Of a stretch of 64,000 bases of DNA, positions 39,116 through 53,448 are shown piece after piece (within the stretch, counting starts at the first letter, position 1; each line of letters opens with the position of its first letter). Source of the stretch: Octopus sinensis (Eukaryota); assembly GCF_006345805.1 (NCBI RefSeq), contig NC_042998.1, forward strand, positions 131,812,001 through 131,876,000, written 5' to 3'. The notes under the pieces are model-generated. The model was not told the DNA's origin and ran no database searches. It saw only the letters and a list, made by a program, of their open reading frames with translations. The position numbers were made by a program, and so were the translations under genes.

Positions 39116-39427
39116 TAATTTTTTCTTTTTCATATTGCCTGTGTACTTAAGAAGTTCGCTTGGCAAAACCACGTCAATCTGTTTTTGGTCCTACATGACA
39201 ACTTGAAGATAGTCTTAAGTGGGTTTAAGTTGTGGGGAAGCCCATCGAGTATATATGCGTCCATAAGTATAAACACACACACATAAACACACACATGAAT
39301 ACACAAACATACACACATATGTACATACACACACATACAAATACACACATACATATACAAACGCCTTTAGTGAACAAAAACGGTACATCAAGCAGAAATA
39401 CCGTTCATTATTGGTAGTCCAATAATC

Positions 39428-39610
39428 GGTGACCTGGCAGAAATGGCAATCGGATAAAATGTTTAGCAGCATTTCTTCCAACTCACTACTTTCTGAATTC
39501 ATCATCGGGATCGATAAAATAATTACCAGCTGGTCACGGGGTGGGGATCGATGTAACCGACCAATCCTCTCTCCCTAAAATTGCAGGCCTTGTGCTAAAA
39601 TTTGAAACCG
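39428..39610 (+). mobile_element. SINE family 1, diverged, tail B
   Basis: GGGATCGATAAAATAATTACCAG core and tail GGCCTTGTGC. Confidence 0.65.
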
Positions 39611-40330
39611 TCATACATGGTCCTGGAAAGTTATTCTCTCTAACGCCAAACATGAGTAACCTTCCGTTTCTCTCGAGATTCATGCAATAAATGCCAGATA
39701 AGCTGCCGGGAACGATATAATTAATCGACCAAAATAAAACCTTAACAGGGTGTGAAGTTTATACATTGGTTCAAATATCGCCGTACAAAATGTGATGTAA
39801 CACATAACATCTCTCAACGGGAAATTTTCCTTCGTTAACACAATTCTGAATTTGAAGTATGCGTATTTATGAATTCCTCTGTTTGTTTTGTTTCCATATG
39901 ATATCGATGTGAAGCTAGATTTGATGATAAAAGATTTCTTTCGCTATTTTGTGTCTTAAATTAGGCAATCGTCGACTAATTCGTTCGGGTGATTTTTATT
40001 ATTATTTTTAAGGAACCTAAATATAATTTTCCAATAAACTAGAGTTTCAGCTATTGAATATTTGATTTAATTTCTTTGTAGTGCTAAATAAACTGGGATT
40101 GGATTGTGCTTACAGCTTCTAACTGTGTATTGTCATATTTCTTTAAAATAATATATATACAATGCAAAAATTGTACTTGCCGGATAATGTGTAAAAAAAT
40201 TTTCTTGAAGACTATGCGAGATGGAGGGTTGGTTTTCATTTTTGTTTGTTGCTTGCTTATTAGTTATAGGTGCATTTGATTATGTGATACTACTCGGTTA
40301 AACCTAGGTTGCAGAAGTTTTACATATATA

Positions 40331-41570
40331 TTAGGGTGATGCAAAATAACTTACCATTTCAAAAACTTGAAGACACCCTCTAATTTTATTTAATTTAGTG
40401 CAAAAACTCAGCATGCGAAATTCCAGCACAAGTGAAGACATTTTAGAGGTTGCCTCCATCCACTGAACATTTTGTATATTGTTATTTTCCAGTTTGTATT
40501 TATTGTACATTTTCTGTCTCTTTGCCATCTTCTACTGTCCCTGACATATAACAATTTAAGAAATTCAAATCAAAGTGGGTGGAAATCGACAAGAACAATT
40601 ACCAAACACATAACATTACAGAGAAAATCTCAGATGCTGAAGAAATCATTCAATTTGCTCAAGCTAGTGACAACAAGAAATTGCTCGAGCTAAAGCTTAT
40701 TTTCCTCGGTAGTACCCCCAAGTCAGGAATCAGCTTTGAAAAGACTCAGATCTTATCACAGAGCTCGAGGGATGGCCAAGCTAATTTACTGCATTGAAAT
40801 TTGGATGTTTAAATCTCAGTTTAAACTAACTGAGAGAGAGGGGAAAGGACTGAGAGAAGTTTGCTGCTTTTCAGCTGCGATATACATCAGATCGTGGTAC
40901 CTGGCATCCATACCCTCATGCGCCCTCCCGTTCAGATTTGCATTTTGTGCAAAATCTGCAGCTCTACAATCAAAAGGATGACAAAATTGCAAGTGCTGCA
41001 CTCAATAAGCTTTTGAGACATTTGTGGTACCTCTCTGAGGAGCTTGTGGCGCTTGAACTTTTTAATTCAGCTGTTTCGCATGAAACAAAACACATGAAGC
41101 ATGCTCTGCAGAAATCAGTTGACTCAAAACCGAGCAAACTAGCATCAATAATTCCTGGATCAGCTGGGCAGAAACAACTGCAGGATTTCGTTACAGCCAA
41201 CACAAAAAGAATCTTTGAAATTCTAGAGGTGCCTTGCACTTTTCTTGAAAAAAATGCTGAAGAATGGAATGATGATGAAAGTTATGCGAATGCAAGAGAT
41301 ATCGCATATGGACTCAAAGTAGAAAACGACATTACGGAAGGAGGTGTGCGACCAATGGAGGAATACAACAAACTGATAACCAATGATGAAGAGCAGAAAC
41401 AATACCCTCTTTAAATTGTTAAAAATTACAGGTTGTCACTCTCAAACAAAAACCTGAAAACATCTAGCCTAGAATGTCATCGTTTGTTTTTTTCAACTTA
41501 GTTAACTAGGGACATATGAAACCGGTTCCGGCGAAAGTATCAACAAAACAATATTTTTGAGCACAAACCG
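40331..41570 (+). mobile_element. decayed DDE DNA transposon (hATm-like / hAT-Kolobok-related transposase)
   Basis: terminus TTAGGGTG after TA run; frameshifted ORF with YHRARGMAKLIY (HxxRW-type motif), RHLWYLSEELVAL, ENDITEGG (NDxAERG-type catalytic E), NDEEQKQY; subfamily name is from recall. Confidence 0.7.
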
Positions 41571-41898
41571 ATATAAATGTAATGGGAGTAATATATATTG
41601 TATTTATATTATTATATGATTGAACGCCACGCATCCATTTCCAAGAAAGTTTATCTTAATAATTTCGATCGACTCTACCATGTACTGTTCTCTCTCTCCC
41701 CCTTTCGTTTTCTCTCTTTTCCTATCTCTAATTCTTTTTTTCTCCTCTTCTCCCCCTTTCGTTATCTTACCGCGTCTGGCCTAACGGCCCTCCATATTTG
41801 TTTTCGTTTGGTTTGTTGTATTCTCCACTGTCCTATTTTTGTTACCAACTTTGACCCTCTTCAAATCCCAAATTATTTTTGGTTCACGGGAGCAACTG

Positions 41899-42080
41899 CC
41901 TTTCGAAGCCTCATATTGCCGTTAAATGCTCGAGGAGGAGTAGAGGGACAGCCGACAACTGATCAAGGGTAGTTCTTTATGTTACTTGTCTTGTTTTCTT
42001 TTTGTTTCTCTTGTTGTTTGCATTCCCAAGTGTGTCTTCGTATTTCTTGTGGCTTACGTTTTGTGACGTCCTGAACTCAT
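41899..42080 (+). mobile_element. TA-terminated short element, family C (diverged)
   Basis: shares CCTTTCGAA..GAGTAGA..CTGAT.AAGGG..TTCTTTATG and the terminal GTCCTG(T/A)AC with 48814-48974 and 61270-61468. Confidence 0.5.
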
Positions 42081-42097
42081 ATATGCATATATATATA

Positions 42098-42141
<44 letters not shown>

Positions 42142-42619
42142 TGGTATATATATATACACACACTGGCTAAAGCGGACACTAATCGACAATAACTATTCTA
42201 ACAAACTAACAGATCAACACACAAATAGAACACAATAACTAAATTGGCCTCTACAAGTATAAGAGAAAAAACACGTCACACATAGTGGATTATAGGAATT
42301 AAATTTTTAGTAACAATTGGATTCACGAGCACATTTTTTTAAAAACTACATAAAACACAGTACAAACTAAAAACGGACACGAATAATTTACAACAAATAG
42401 ACTAAATTTAAAATCCTCCATATAGGTAACTAACTACGAGCAATAGAAAACAGATTGCAAGCGTGACAGTCGTAATCTTCATGACTACGGCATTCATATT
42501 GGCCGCATAAATACGACACTGTTTCGTCAGCTTTCTATGCATTTACAACAAAAAACAGATTCAGTGCACTATACCACAGGATGCAGCGCAGAACCAGACA
42601 GAAAAACTGTACAGAATTC

Positions 42620-42818
42620 TCCGACAACACACACACAAACACACACACAAACGCGCACACACACACACACACACACATACACATGTATATATATATTATA
42701 TGTATGTATAATTTTATTCCAAGCTTTCATAACAATCAAGGTGCATAAATTCGTAGGATGCCAGCAATGGCTAGGTACTACACACACACAACACACACAC
42801 ACACGTACACGTACACGC

Positions 42819-42857
<39 letters not shown>

Positions 42858-43067
42858 TATAAGAAATAGATCCCCAAAAATATATATATCTGTATGTATA
42901 ATTTTATTCTGAGCTTTCATAAGAATCAAGGTGCACAAATTCGCAGGATGCCAGCAATGGCTAGGTACTACACACACACAACACACCACACACACACACA
43001 CACACTCACACACACACACACCACACACACACACTCACACACACACACAACACACACACACACATAC

Positions 43068-43099
<32 letters not shown>

Positions 43100-43130
43100 G
43101 TCTGTCTGTATGTCCCTCTCTCTCTCTCTC
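42620..43130. repeat. (CA)n tract interrupted by two copies of an 81-bp motif
   Basis: copies at 42701-42781 and 42891-42971; inverted copy at 44966-45046. Confidence 0.9.
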
Positions 43131-43589
43131 TTTCACTTAGATACCTTTATGCATTAGTAACTGAATGCGTACTTCTCTATGAATATCAAGTGAATCGTTG
43201 CCGTTGTATTTGTGAAAGCTGTGGCTGTTTTCCTCTATGACATTGCTGTCGTTGTGATTGCTGTTCGTGTCATTGTTGTCGCAATCCCTGTTGTTGACGT
43301 TGCTGTTGTTGTTGTTGCTGGTGTTGGTGGCGTAACTGTTTACCGACTCATTGCCTAGGCAGTTAACAGGTAATCTTATCTGTCATGACTTTTTTTGCTT
43401 TGCCAACCGTACTGTCTGGTACTCGGTAACACAATATCTACGTTCAATCCCTCGACACATCGCTGCCATCTGAACAGCTGTGAAATGAATCTCGACTGAT
43501 TTCTTTCTGTGTCCTCCCCCTTGAGGTTTCTAATCACGCTCACTTTTCATGTAATATCTGTAGCTATCTCGCAAGATCTATGACGAAAA

Positions 43590-43872
43590 CCTATCCGTCA
43601 TCATCATTATCATCATCATCGTCGTCGTCGTTATCATCATTAACACCACCTTCACCACCTTCGTCATCACCACCTCCATCATCACTCTCCTCTTACTCCC
43701 CCTCCTCCTCCTCATCATCATCACTATATTCACCTTTTCTACCATCACCACGCTCGTCCCCCAAAATTCTACCTCCTCAGCATGACCCTTTTTCTCACCC
43801 CCTTCCGTTTCTTTCTCATCGTTATCATCAACAACCACCACCACCGCTACCATTGTCACGACGACGACGACG

Positions 43873-43904
<32 letters not shown>

Positions 43905-44230
43905 CAACAGCAACTACAACAACAAAGTTTTCTCAACAGCAATTATGCAACCAACCGTAACAGCGTGAGCAAAATCAACAGCAACAAGTCTTCACAGACG
44001 AGTCAGCTTCTAATAGCTTTTGGTTTTTGTTTCCTATTTTACCTCCTCCTCCTCATCATCATCATCATCATCATCATCATTATCATTATCATCATCATCA
44101 TCATCATCATCATTATCATCATCATCATCATCATCATCATCATTATCATCATCATCATCATCAGTAGCAGCAGCAGCGAAAGCAAAATACAATCTTAATA
44201 ACGTCAGCGTCGATCATCATCATCATCAGT
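43590..44230. repeat. ATC/GAC/AAC trinucleotide tract
   Basis: direct reading. Confidence 0.85.
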
Positions 44231-44513
44231 CGCTACAAATCGACCGAAAGAGTTAAGAAAAAAACAACAATAAGAAAGCTGCAACAAATCTAGCAGCAGC
44301 ATCATCATCATCAACAACAACAACAAAAGCAATAATAAATAAACAGACGTAGCTCTTCAGTAAAGTGTGTCTATGTTTTGTATTGAATTTAAAAATATAA
44401 ACATAAAATAGAATATTTGTGGTAGAACCGGTAAGCGTTGGACACCACAGTAAGTATCTGCTGGTTTTCAATTGTGCTTCGTTTGTTAAATCATCGTCAA
44501 CCTCGTCGTGATT

Positions 44514-44547
<34 letters not shown>

Positions 44548-44809
44548 CTATCACCATCATCATCATCATTCTTCAGTTTCGTTTTAAAAGTCATTTGAAG
44601 AAGGAAGAAGAGGCAGCACCTTATACCCTTCAAACACCTTGTTAGAATGATGAGCTCCAATTCCCACCCATCCCCACTTTTTGGCACTTCCGTGGGTTTT
44701 TCGTATGAGTGTCTAGCAGTTTATTTGGGACAATAGTTAAGTTAACAAATCTATTTTCGGTATTTCTAGATTTTTAATGTTTCTTCTCTAGGATGAAGTG
44801 ATGCTGGGC

Positions 44810-44834
44810 GTTTGTGTGTGTGTTTGTGTGTGTG

Positions 44835-44873
<39 letters not shown>

Positions 44874-44926
44874 TGTGTTTGTGTGTATGTGTGTGTGTGT
44901 ATGTGTGAGTGTGTGTTTTTGTGTAT

Positions 44927-44958
<32 letters not shown>

Positions 44959-45340
44959 TGTGTTTGTAGTACCTAGCCATTGCTGGCATCCTACGGATTT
45001 ATGCACCTTGATTCTTATGAAAGCTCGGAATAAAATTATACATACAGATATATGAGTGTGTGTATGTGTGTGTGTATGTGTGTGTGTGTTGTGTGTGTGT
45101 GTGTGTATAGTTGAAACGATGTTAAGAGCCAATATAAATCAAATATTAAGGTTAAAAATGTATATAAAGTTGGAAATATTCTCTAAAATATACTTTTGTG
45201 CCTATTCCAATTTTATTTACTTTTTTAACTATATATACTGTATACACACACACACACATATATATAATTATGTCCGTATGAGTATGTATGTATGTGTGTA
45301 TGTGTGCGTGTGTATCTGAGTATGTGTGCGTTTGCATGTG

Positions 45341-45381
<41 letters not shown>

Positions 45382-45464
45382 GTGTGTATGCGCGCGTGCG
45401 TGTGTGTCTCATTAATCTTTTACCTTTCACGTGCTGCAGTTATTGGACTACAGCTATTAATTAC

Positions 45465-45560
<96 letters not shown>
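44810..45560. repeat. GT/TA microsatellite tract
   Basis: direct reading. Confidence 0.9.
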
Positions 45561-45563
<3 letters not shown>

Positions 45564-45700
45564 TTATGCATGTATGTCATTATTCAGTTTTATTTCAAGA
45601 TTTATTGCCAATAGAGAGAGTCGGTTTCTAACCTAGATCCAACGCTCCTTCATTGGAATTTCATCAACAGGTTATTTTTGTTTGTTTGTATATATATATA

Positions 45701-45770
45701 TGCCTTCGTCTTTTGTTTATTTCCGTAAACCTGCCTTCGTCTTTTGTCTATTTTCGTAAAGCTTCCCGTT
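45701..45770 (+). mobile_element. 3' terminus of family B pseudo-LTR-like element with a tandem duplication
   Basis: GCCTTCGTCTTTTGT occurs twice, then AAAGCTTCCCGTTATATA as at 545-590. Confidence 0.6.
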
Positions 45771-45954
45771 ATATATATATATATGTATACGAACATATTT
45801 GTATGTTTTGTTTTATGTATGTCTTGTCATGCATATACTTGCATATCTAGACATGCTCATATACAGCACAACACACTCCATATATATATTCATATTTAAT
45901 TGTGTTATTAGTCAACAAACTGAAGGTATGAGATAATATGTGAATTTATATATA

Positions 45955-47018
45955 CAGGGGTTGGACAAAATAATGGAAACAACTTAAAATTTCAAATAAA
46001 TTTATTTTAATATGGAGTAGGACCACCTTTGGATGTAATTATAGCTTGAATTCTACGAGATATGGACTCATACAAAGTTTGAATTGTTTCCAAAGGAATT
46101 TTTGTACATTCTTCAGCTAAAACAATCTCCAGTTCTTGTAGTGATGATAGTGGAGGATATCGACTCCTTACATGTTTTTCTAAAATGCGTCATAAATGTT
46201 CAATACTATTGAGATCTGGGGACTGCGTTGGCCGGATAAGGTGTTCAACTTCACTAGAATGTTCCTCATGAGATTCAGTAACAATTTTATTTGTGTGAAT
46301 TGGTGCGTTATCATCCTGAAAGATTGCGTTTCCCGCTGGAAACAGTTCCGCAACCATAGGATGAATATGATCAAATAAAATGCTTAAATTGTCTTGACTA
46401 TTAATTCTGCCATGAAGGGAAACCATTGGGCCGGCGGATTTCCAAGATATAGCCCCACCCCGCCCCAGATCATCACAGATCCTCCTCCATGTTTAACAGT
46501 TGGAAGAGGGCAGTCAGGTCAAATGCTTCTTTTGGCTGTCTCTGCACGTATACTCGGCCGGTGGTCGGAAATAAGGTAAAGGATTATCGTCCGAGAAAAT
46601 AACATTCTTCCACTGCTCTAGGGACCAATTCTGTTGGTTTTTACTCCACTCTAAACGATTTCCAATGTTTGTTTTTGAAAGTAGTGGGTTTCTGAATGCA
46701 GCCCTCTCATGAAATCCGGATTTGTGCAGCTCTCGGCGAACAATTTTTATGGCAACTAGGTTCTCGATACATTTCGGCTGTTTTCGTTACGATAGCGTCT
46801 CTTTGAAAGTCTGATAGATCTGTCATTTTAATGAATTTTAATTCCCTTTTTCTGATGATATCTGAAAGGAAACAGCAATTTTAGCAAAACATATTAAGCA
46901 ACACTAATAATAAATTTTTAAAAAAACATAAAAATAAAATAGCTTTTGACGGTTTTATAGATATTCAAAATTACGATGCTATGGTGCTAGGTGTTTCCAT
47001 TATTTTGTCCAACCCATG
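45955..47018 (-). mobile_element. Tc1 element, internally deleted and decayed, DD34E
   Basis: TIRs CAGGGGTTGGACAAAATAATGGAAACA / CATGGGTTGGACAAAATAATGGAAACA, TA flanks; FQDDNAPIH..SPDLNSIEHL; C-terminal KGGPTPY. Confidence 0.93.
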
Positions 47019-47022
47019 TATA

Positions 47023-47830
47023 TATTTAAATGATAAACTTCTGGAAAGTTTTACAGATTTTTACAGTTCCAGTGATAGATTGGATTTGTAGTCTTCGAAT
47101 CAGCTTTCTCCTTTCTGGTTTCTCAAGATTGGTATTTAGGCAGTGTGTTACATATCCCAGGGCCCCCAAAATTAGAGGTATAAATCTGAACTTGCAATAT
47201 GGACAGAGTAACTGCAGATTTCTCAATCATTCAACGTAGGTATTCTCTTTTTCACTGTTCTTCAGTTTTATGTTAACATCCGTTGGTCAGCTGATTTCTA
47301 CAACTGTTTCAGGTCAATTGTGTTTACATTCTATTTAGGTTTGCACCGAGACATTCCACCTCCACTGTTTCCTATTATGAGTGGCTATGGCTTTTACCAT
47401 GCTGTAGGTTCTTACTTCTTTGTCTTTGGGGTTATCCTTTCGACGGATCTCGTTATACAGTGTCCTAGCTACATCATTATGTTTCATCGGTAGATAACAA
47501 CGTGATGACATTTTCCGCCCACTGCTTATGATATAGGGGATATCTTCGGTGTTAACTCTACAACGTCTGCATCGGTTGTCACATTTTACTGTTTTCCCTG
47601 CATCTCTTTCTCTTTTGTGCATCAGGTATTTGGTTAATATTTTCTATTCCTGGATTGTAAACGCATACTTTTCAAAGTTGGAAGTAGTTATCTGCTTGTT
47701 GGTCCATGATACGCTGCTTTGGGGATCGATGTTACTATCATCTCAGAGCTTTCTACTAATATATCCATGCATGGACTTCTGCTTATATACCCTCATCCTT
47801 TCATCTGCTGATGCATTACGGTAGATTCGT
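47023..47830 (-). mobile_element. RLE-type (R4/Dong-like) LINE 3' part
   Basis: MHGY, FEKYAFTIQE, CDNRCRRC..EDIPYIIS..YLPMKHNDVA, FIPLILGALG..QSITGTVKICK. Confidence 0.85.
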
Positions 47831-47862
47831 GCGACTACTTAGGTTATCAGACAAGGAATGCT

Positions 47863-47908
47863 GCTCAAGGAATGCTGCTCAAGGAATGCTGCTCAAGAAG
47901 CTGCTTTC
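47863..47908. repeat. 14-bp minisatellite (AAGGAATGCTGCTC), about 3 copies
   Basis: direct reading. Confidence 0.9.
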
Positions 47909-48244
47909 CAAGTCTTATCATTTTATCAGCTTCATGTACGCAAACGTGGTCAAGGGATGCCCTTCGACACTCAGTGGTTAAAAGATGTTGCCGAAGGTAG
48001 GTAGGTAGGTAGGTAGGTATTAAAATTCAAATATTAAGATTCACCTACATATAGTGACGCACGTATGGTAACGTGCATGTGCGTCTGTGTATGTGTTGAC
48101 ACACTCACAGACATGTACACCCACTTGCGTACATACATATACTTGCACATATATGCGTGCATGGACAATACACAACACACATATGAGTATATACATATAC
48201 TCATATTTTGAGTTCTATTTCTCCTGTCTGCATCAACATGCCTG

Positions 48245-48310
<66 letters not shown>

Positions 48311-48641
48311 CATACAGGTACATCTACAAGTATGCATACATACGTGCAGATATACTGACACGTATAGAAATGTATATTTGTATACAAGATACAGATAAGG
48401 AAATAATTTATTTTCAAACGCAGAACAATGCTGACAGAAGAGTAGGAACAGGATAAAATATCCATATTTTTGCGAAAAAATTTGTCAGCGGCCGCAAAAT
48501 ATGTATATTTTATGCTGTTCCTGCTGTTTTGTCAGCATTATTCTGCGTTTGAAAATAAATTATTTCCTTATCTGTATCTTTCAATACATCGCAGTGCTTC
48601 TAAAAGCAAACTTTATATACATTTATCGTAATTTTTATTTG

Positions 48642-48683
<42 letters not shown>

Positions 48684-48813
48684 AAAACTTACTTGGAAAA
48701 GGATGCGTGGCGTTCGATCATATAATAATATAAATAATATATAGATATATGCATATATACATACATATATGAACATACCTACACATATATGTGTATATAT
48801 ACATGCATATATA

Positions 48814-48974
48814 GGTACAGGACATCAGAAACACGTTAAACACAATGAGAAACAAAAACATAGAAAACGAAGTTTTTTCGAACGACGAAAAGAAAACAAA
48901 CAGAAAAATGCGACATAAAGAATATTCCCCTTCATCACTTGTCCCTGTTTCATCTACTCCCCGTTTCGAAGGTA
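48814..48974 (-). mobile_element. TA-flanked short element, family C
   Basis: reverse complement TTACCTTCGAAAC..GAGTAGA..GTGATGAAGGGGAATATTC.. is homologous to 61290-61468. Confidence 0.65.
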
Positions 48975-49409
48975 ATATATATATATATATATATATATAT
49001 ACTCACACAAATGTATAAGAAATGTGTATGTATAGCGATTGTGCACGCGTGCGTGTATGTGTAAGCAAAACTTTTCTGAAGTTTATCATGTAACAGAGTT
49101 TTCGTTACTTAAATTCCAGCAAATGATTCTTTATTAGAAACCAGGTCTTTCCTTGAAGGTAGAATTCAAATGATGAAAGAAAAAGACAAGACAAGGAAAA
49201 ACATATAAATACGTCGTTTGCAATGGAAAAATTATGTCATTCCCTCATCGTACATGTTTGCAACTCAAAGTTCAAGAATATTGTCTTTTACGAATTGATT
49301 TTTACAATGAAGCAACGAATCAGCAGCTACCGAAGAAGAAAATAAATCTGGCTTCTAGGCCACCTTCTGACACACTCTAACATTTGCTATTTTCATTCTC
49401 TCTTTCTGC

Positions 49410-49419
49410 ACACGCACGG

Positions 49420-49463
<44 letters not shown>

Positions 49464-49494
49464 CACACAAAACGCGATCATACACACACACACG

Positions 49495-49528
<34 letters not shown>

Positions 49529-49679
49529 CCTCCATCTGCGTGTCTCGTTTTCTGACCTCCTCTCCCTCCCACCGCTCTCTCTCTCTCTTTCTCTCTTTCT
49601 CTCTTTCCCTTTACCTATGTATCGATCTAACAACAACCACGCATACACATGTGCGTGCATATACTAATACACCCCCCCC

Positions 49680-49714
<35 letters not shown>

Positions 49715-49865
49715 TTGTATCTATGTATCACTGTTCTCTCCTCGCTCATTAGATGTAATGTTTGCGTGGGATGCATGTTCATGAAAGTACACACGGATAC
49801 ATACATACATACTACATACATACATACATACATACATACATACATACATACATACATACATACAT
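49410..49865. repeat. CA/TA/CT/TACA microsatellite tract
   Basis: direct reading. Confidence 0.9.
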
Positions 49866-50168
49866 ACTTACTTAATTCTATTCAGAGAACTGATGCTTTC
49901 AGCCAGTTGACATTTAGCCTGCCCGCTATCGATCGAATCAATGGCATTGGAAATTCTGATGATCCTTTACGGCTTTAATACATTTAGAAAAAAGCTTACC
50001 TTTTAACAGTCAGGGTCGCCTCGAGCCAGTAAGAACTGGCCCGATCTGAGAGGTGCTTCCTATTACAGGAAAGCGAATTAAGTTCTTTCAGTATTGTAGT
50101 AATACTGAACGGTAAATCTCTTGGATATTTCGAAGGAATTTCTAGCAATTAAGAATATAATAATGATG

Positions 50169-50231
<63 letters not shown>

Positions 50232-50341
50232 TTTCCTTTTATTGGCCATTTCCTTTTATTGGCCACAAGGGCCGATCACAAAACAAATAGGGACGATACA
50301 ATACAAGGGACAAGTGGGGTGTTGAATAATGCCATGTCTAC

Positions 50342-50380
<39 letters not shown>

Positions 50381-50792
50381 GATAATAATACGTAATTTGT
50401 ATGCTCTTCATCGATTCCCGGAAGAACAAATGGAGAAATTTTATTCTGGTTTGATTTGAACTCAGAACGTAAAGGATGGTCACTAAATAAGGCCACGGGG
50501 CAATTAAACCAAGCCATTCTGCTGAAGAATTTCCTGTCGTATAGTATGAATAAAGTTCTTACAAGTTTAAGGGCAAGGCAATAATCTGTGTTATATGACT
50601 GTCTTGAATATCTTCCACTGAAGAAACAGAAAATAAAGAATCTTAAATATTATTTCATTTGTCACAGGGCAAAGTGAACTAGCAACATTCAAGTAGACTG
50701 GCGAAATACAAATAATTTTGGAGCACGTGCAAGCACACAGACACGCATGAAATCATACACTTGCAATGCTTTGTCAATATTAAATTCAATGA

Positions 50793-51160
50793 AAGGCGGC
50801 GAGCTGGCAGAAACGTTAGCACGCCGGGCGGAATGCTTAGCGGTATTTCGGCTGCCGTTACGTTCTGAGTTCAAATTCCGTCGAGGTCGACTTTGCCTTT
50901 CATCCTTTCGGGGTCGATTAAATAAGTACCAGTTACGCACTGGGGTCGATGTAATCGACTTAATACCTATGTCTGTCCTTGTTTGTCCCCTCTGTGTTTA
51001 GCCCCTTGTGGGTAATAAAGAAATAGGTATTTCGGCTGCCGTTACGTTCTGAGTTCAAATTCCGTCGAGGTCGACTTTGCCTTTCATCCTTTCGGGGTCG
51101 ATTAAATAAGTACCAGTTACGCACTGGGGTCGATATAATCGACTTAATCCGTTTGTCTGT
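50793..51160 (+). mobile_element. SINE family 1 dimer
   Basis: GTATTTCGG at 50843 and 51027 (184-nt period). Confidence 0.92.
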
Positions 51161-51217
51161 GACTCGAGTAAGCGACATAAATATATACACTCTTCTTGAA
51201 TGCATCGGTATGCCAGT

Positions 51218-51254
<37 letters not shown>

Positions 51255-51384
51255 TATGAGCGCGAGAGAGAGAGAAACAGGAAGAAGGAGAGAGAGGGAG
51301 ACAGACAGAGAAAGAAAGACAGAGAGTGACTTTGGATTGCTTTCGTCCGGCAGCGAGTCGAGCTTTAGCTTAACTTAATATCGG

Positions 51385-51585
51385 GTTAAAATTTTAGCAC
51401 AAGGCCAGCAGTTGTGAGGGAGGGGACCAAGTCGATTAAATCGCCCCCAGTGTTTATTTTATCGATCCTGAAAGGATGAAAGGTGGTGTCACCCTCGGCG
51501 GGACTTGAACTCAGAAAGTAGTGACGGACGAAATGCTGCTAAGCATCTGGCTCGGCAGGCTAACGTTCCTGTCTGTTCGTCGCCT
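51385..51585 (-). mobile_element. SINE family 1, tail B
   Basis: homology to the other copies. Confidence 0.82.
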
Positions 51586-51627
51586 TTTAGCGTAGCTCAA
51601 TATCACAGTATCAACAAATATGAATTA

Positions 51628-51658
<31 letters not shown>

Positions 51659-51961
51659 GTGTGTGTGTGTGTGCGTGCGTGCGTGCCTGTACGCGCATGT
51701 GCATATATATGATAATGATGATGACAATCAATTATCATCATCGTCATTGTCATCATCATCACTACTACCCATATTTTAATCGTCATCATCTTTGTCAGCA
51801 TTATTACAAAACATTTGTGCATTTCTTATTAGCTGGTTTGAGAGGTTGGCTATGTTACATATTCATGAACACCATACTTCAATAACTGTGGAATCTTTAC
51901 CTACAAACCTTCTTAGACTTCCATCTTCTGATCACCCTAGATTGTGAACATATTTACACTA

Positions 51962-52127
51962 GCCCTTCTGGACGGGACGCCGGTCCATCACAGGATTATT
52001 CATTTTTGCCAGCTGTTTAAACTGGAGCAATGTGAAATGAAGTGTTTTGCTCAAGAATACAACGCGTCACCCGGTTCAGGAGTCAAAACCACAATCATGA
52101 GTCTAACACACTAACCACTAAGCCACG
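51962..52127 (-). mobile_element. SINE family 3 (tRNA head + CORE-like body)
   Basis: minus strand GTGGCTTAGTGGTTAG..TTGAGCAAAACACTTCATTTCACATTGCTCCAG..CAGCTGGCAAAAATGA; homologous to 60146-60300. Confidence 0.75.
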
Positions 52128-52189
52128 ACAGCTCTAACTTCACAATTTATATCTAGTTGGAGAAGGAAAACAGACCCCCTGGTCTCTTG

Positions 52190-53002
<813 letters not shown>

Positions 53003-53387
53003 CATACACAATATACATAATACGTGTATTCTTTCTATAGCATAAGGAATACAACGTACCAATCTAAGCACATTGGGAATTTAAACGAAAATAACAAACA
53101 CAAACATGAACAGGCAAATAATAGAGAGCGTACCTCTTATTTTAAATGGTTTCCTGGTATACTTCTTATGTATTGCATAAAATATAAACGTACATCACAT
53201 GCGACTGTTAACTGGAAGAAATGAGGTCAGATAACGTTGCAGGCACAAAATAAATTTATCTTTAAAAGAATTATGAATTACAAACAGGGCAGACATCCAA
53301 AAATATAACTACAGCACTCCCATAAGGAAATATTTCATACATAGATAAACACAAACACACAATTCGAACGCCAAATAGTTAATTTAA

Positions 53388-53448
<61 letters not shown>

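Noticed and set aside
43370-43477. Minus-strand acceptor followed by short open frames (LFRWQRCVEGLNVDIV...)
   Set aside because: No convincing donor site and no recognisable homology.
49887-49978. Plus-strand terminal-exon-like segment RTDAFSQLTFSLPAIDRINGIGNSDDPLRL*
   Set aside because: Only an acceptor supports it; no other plus-strand exon evidence.
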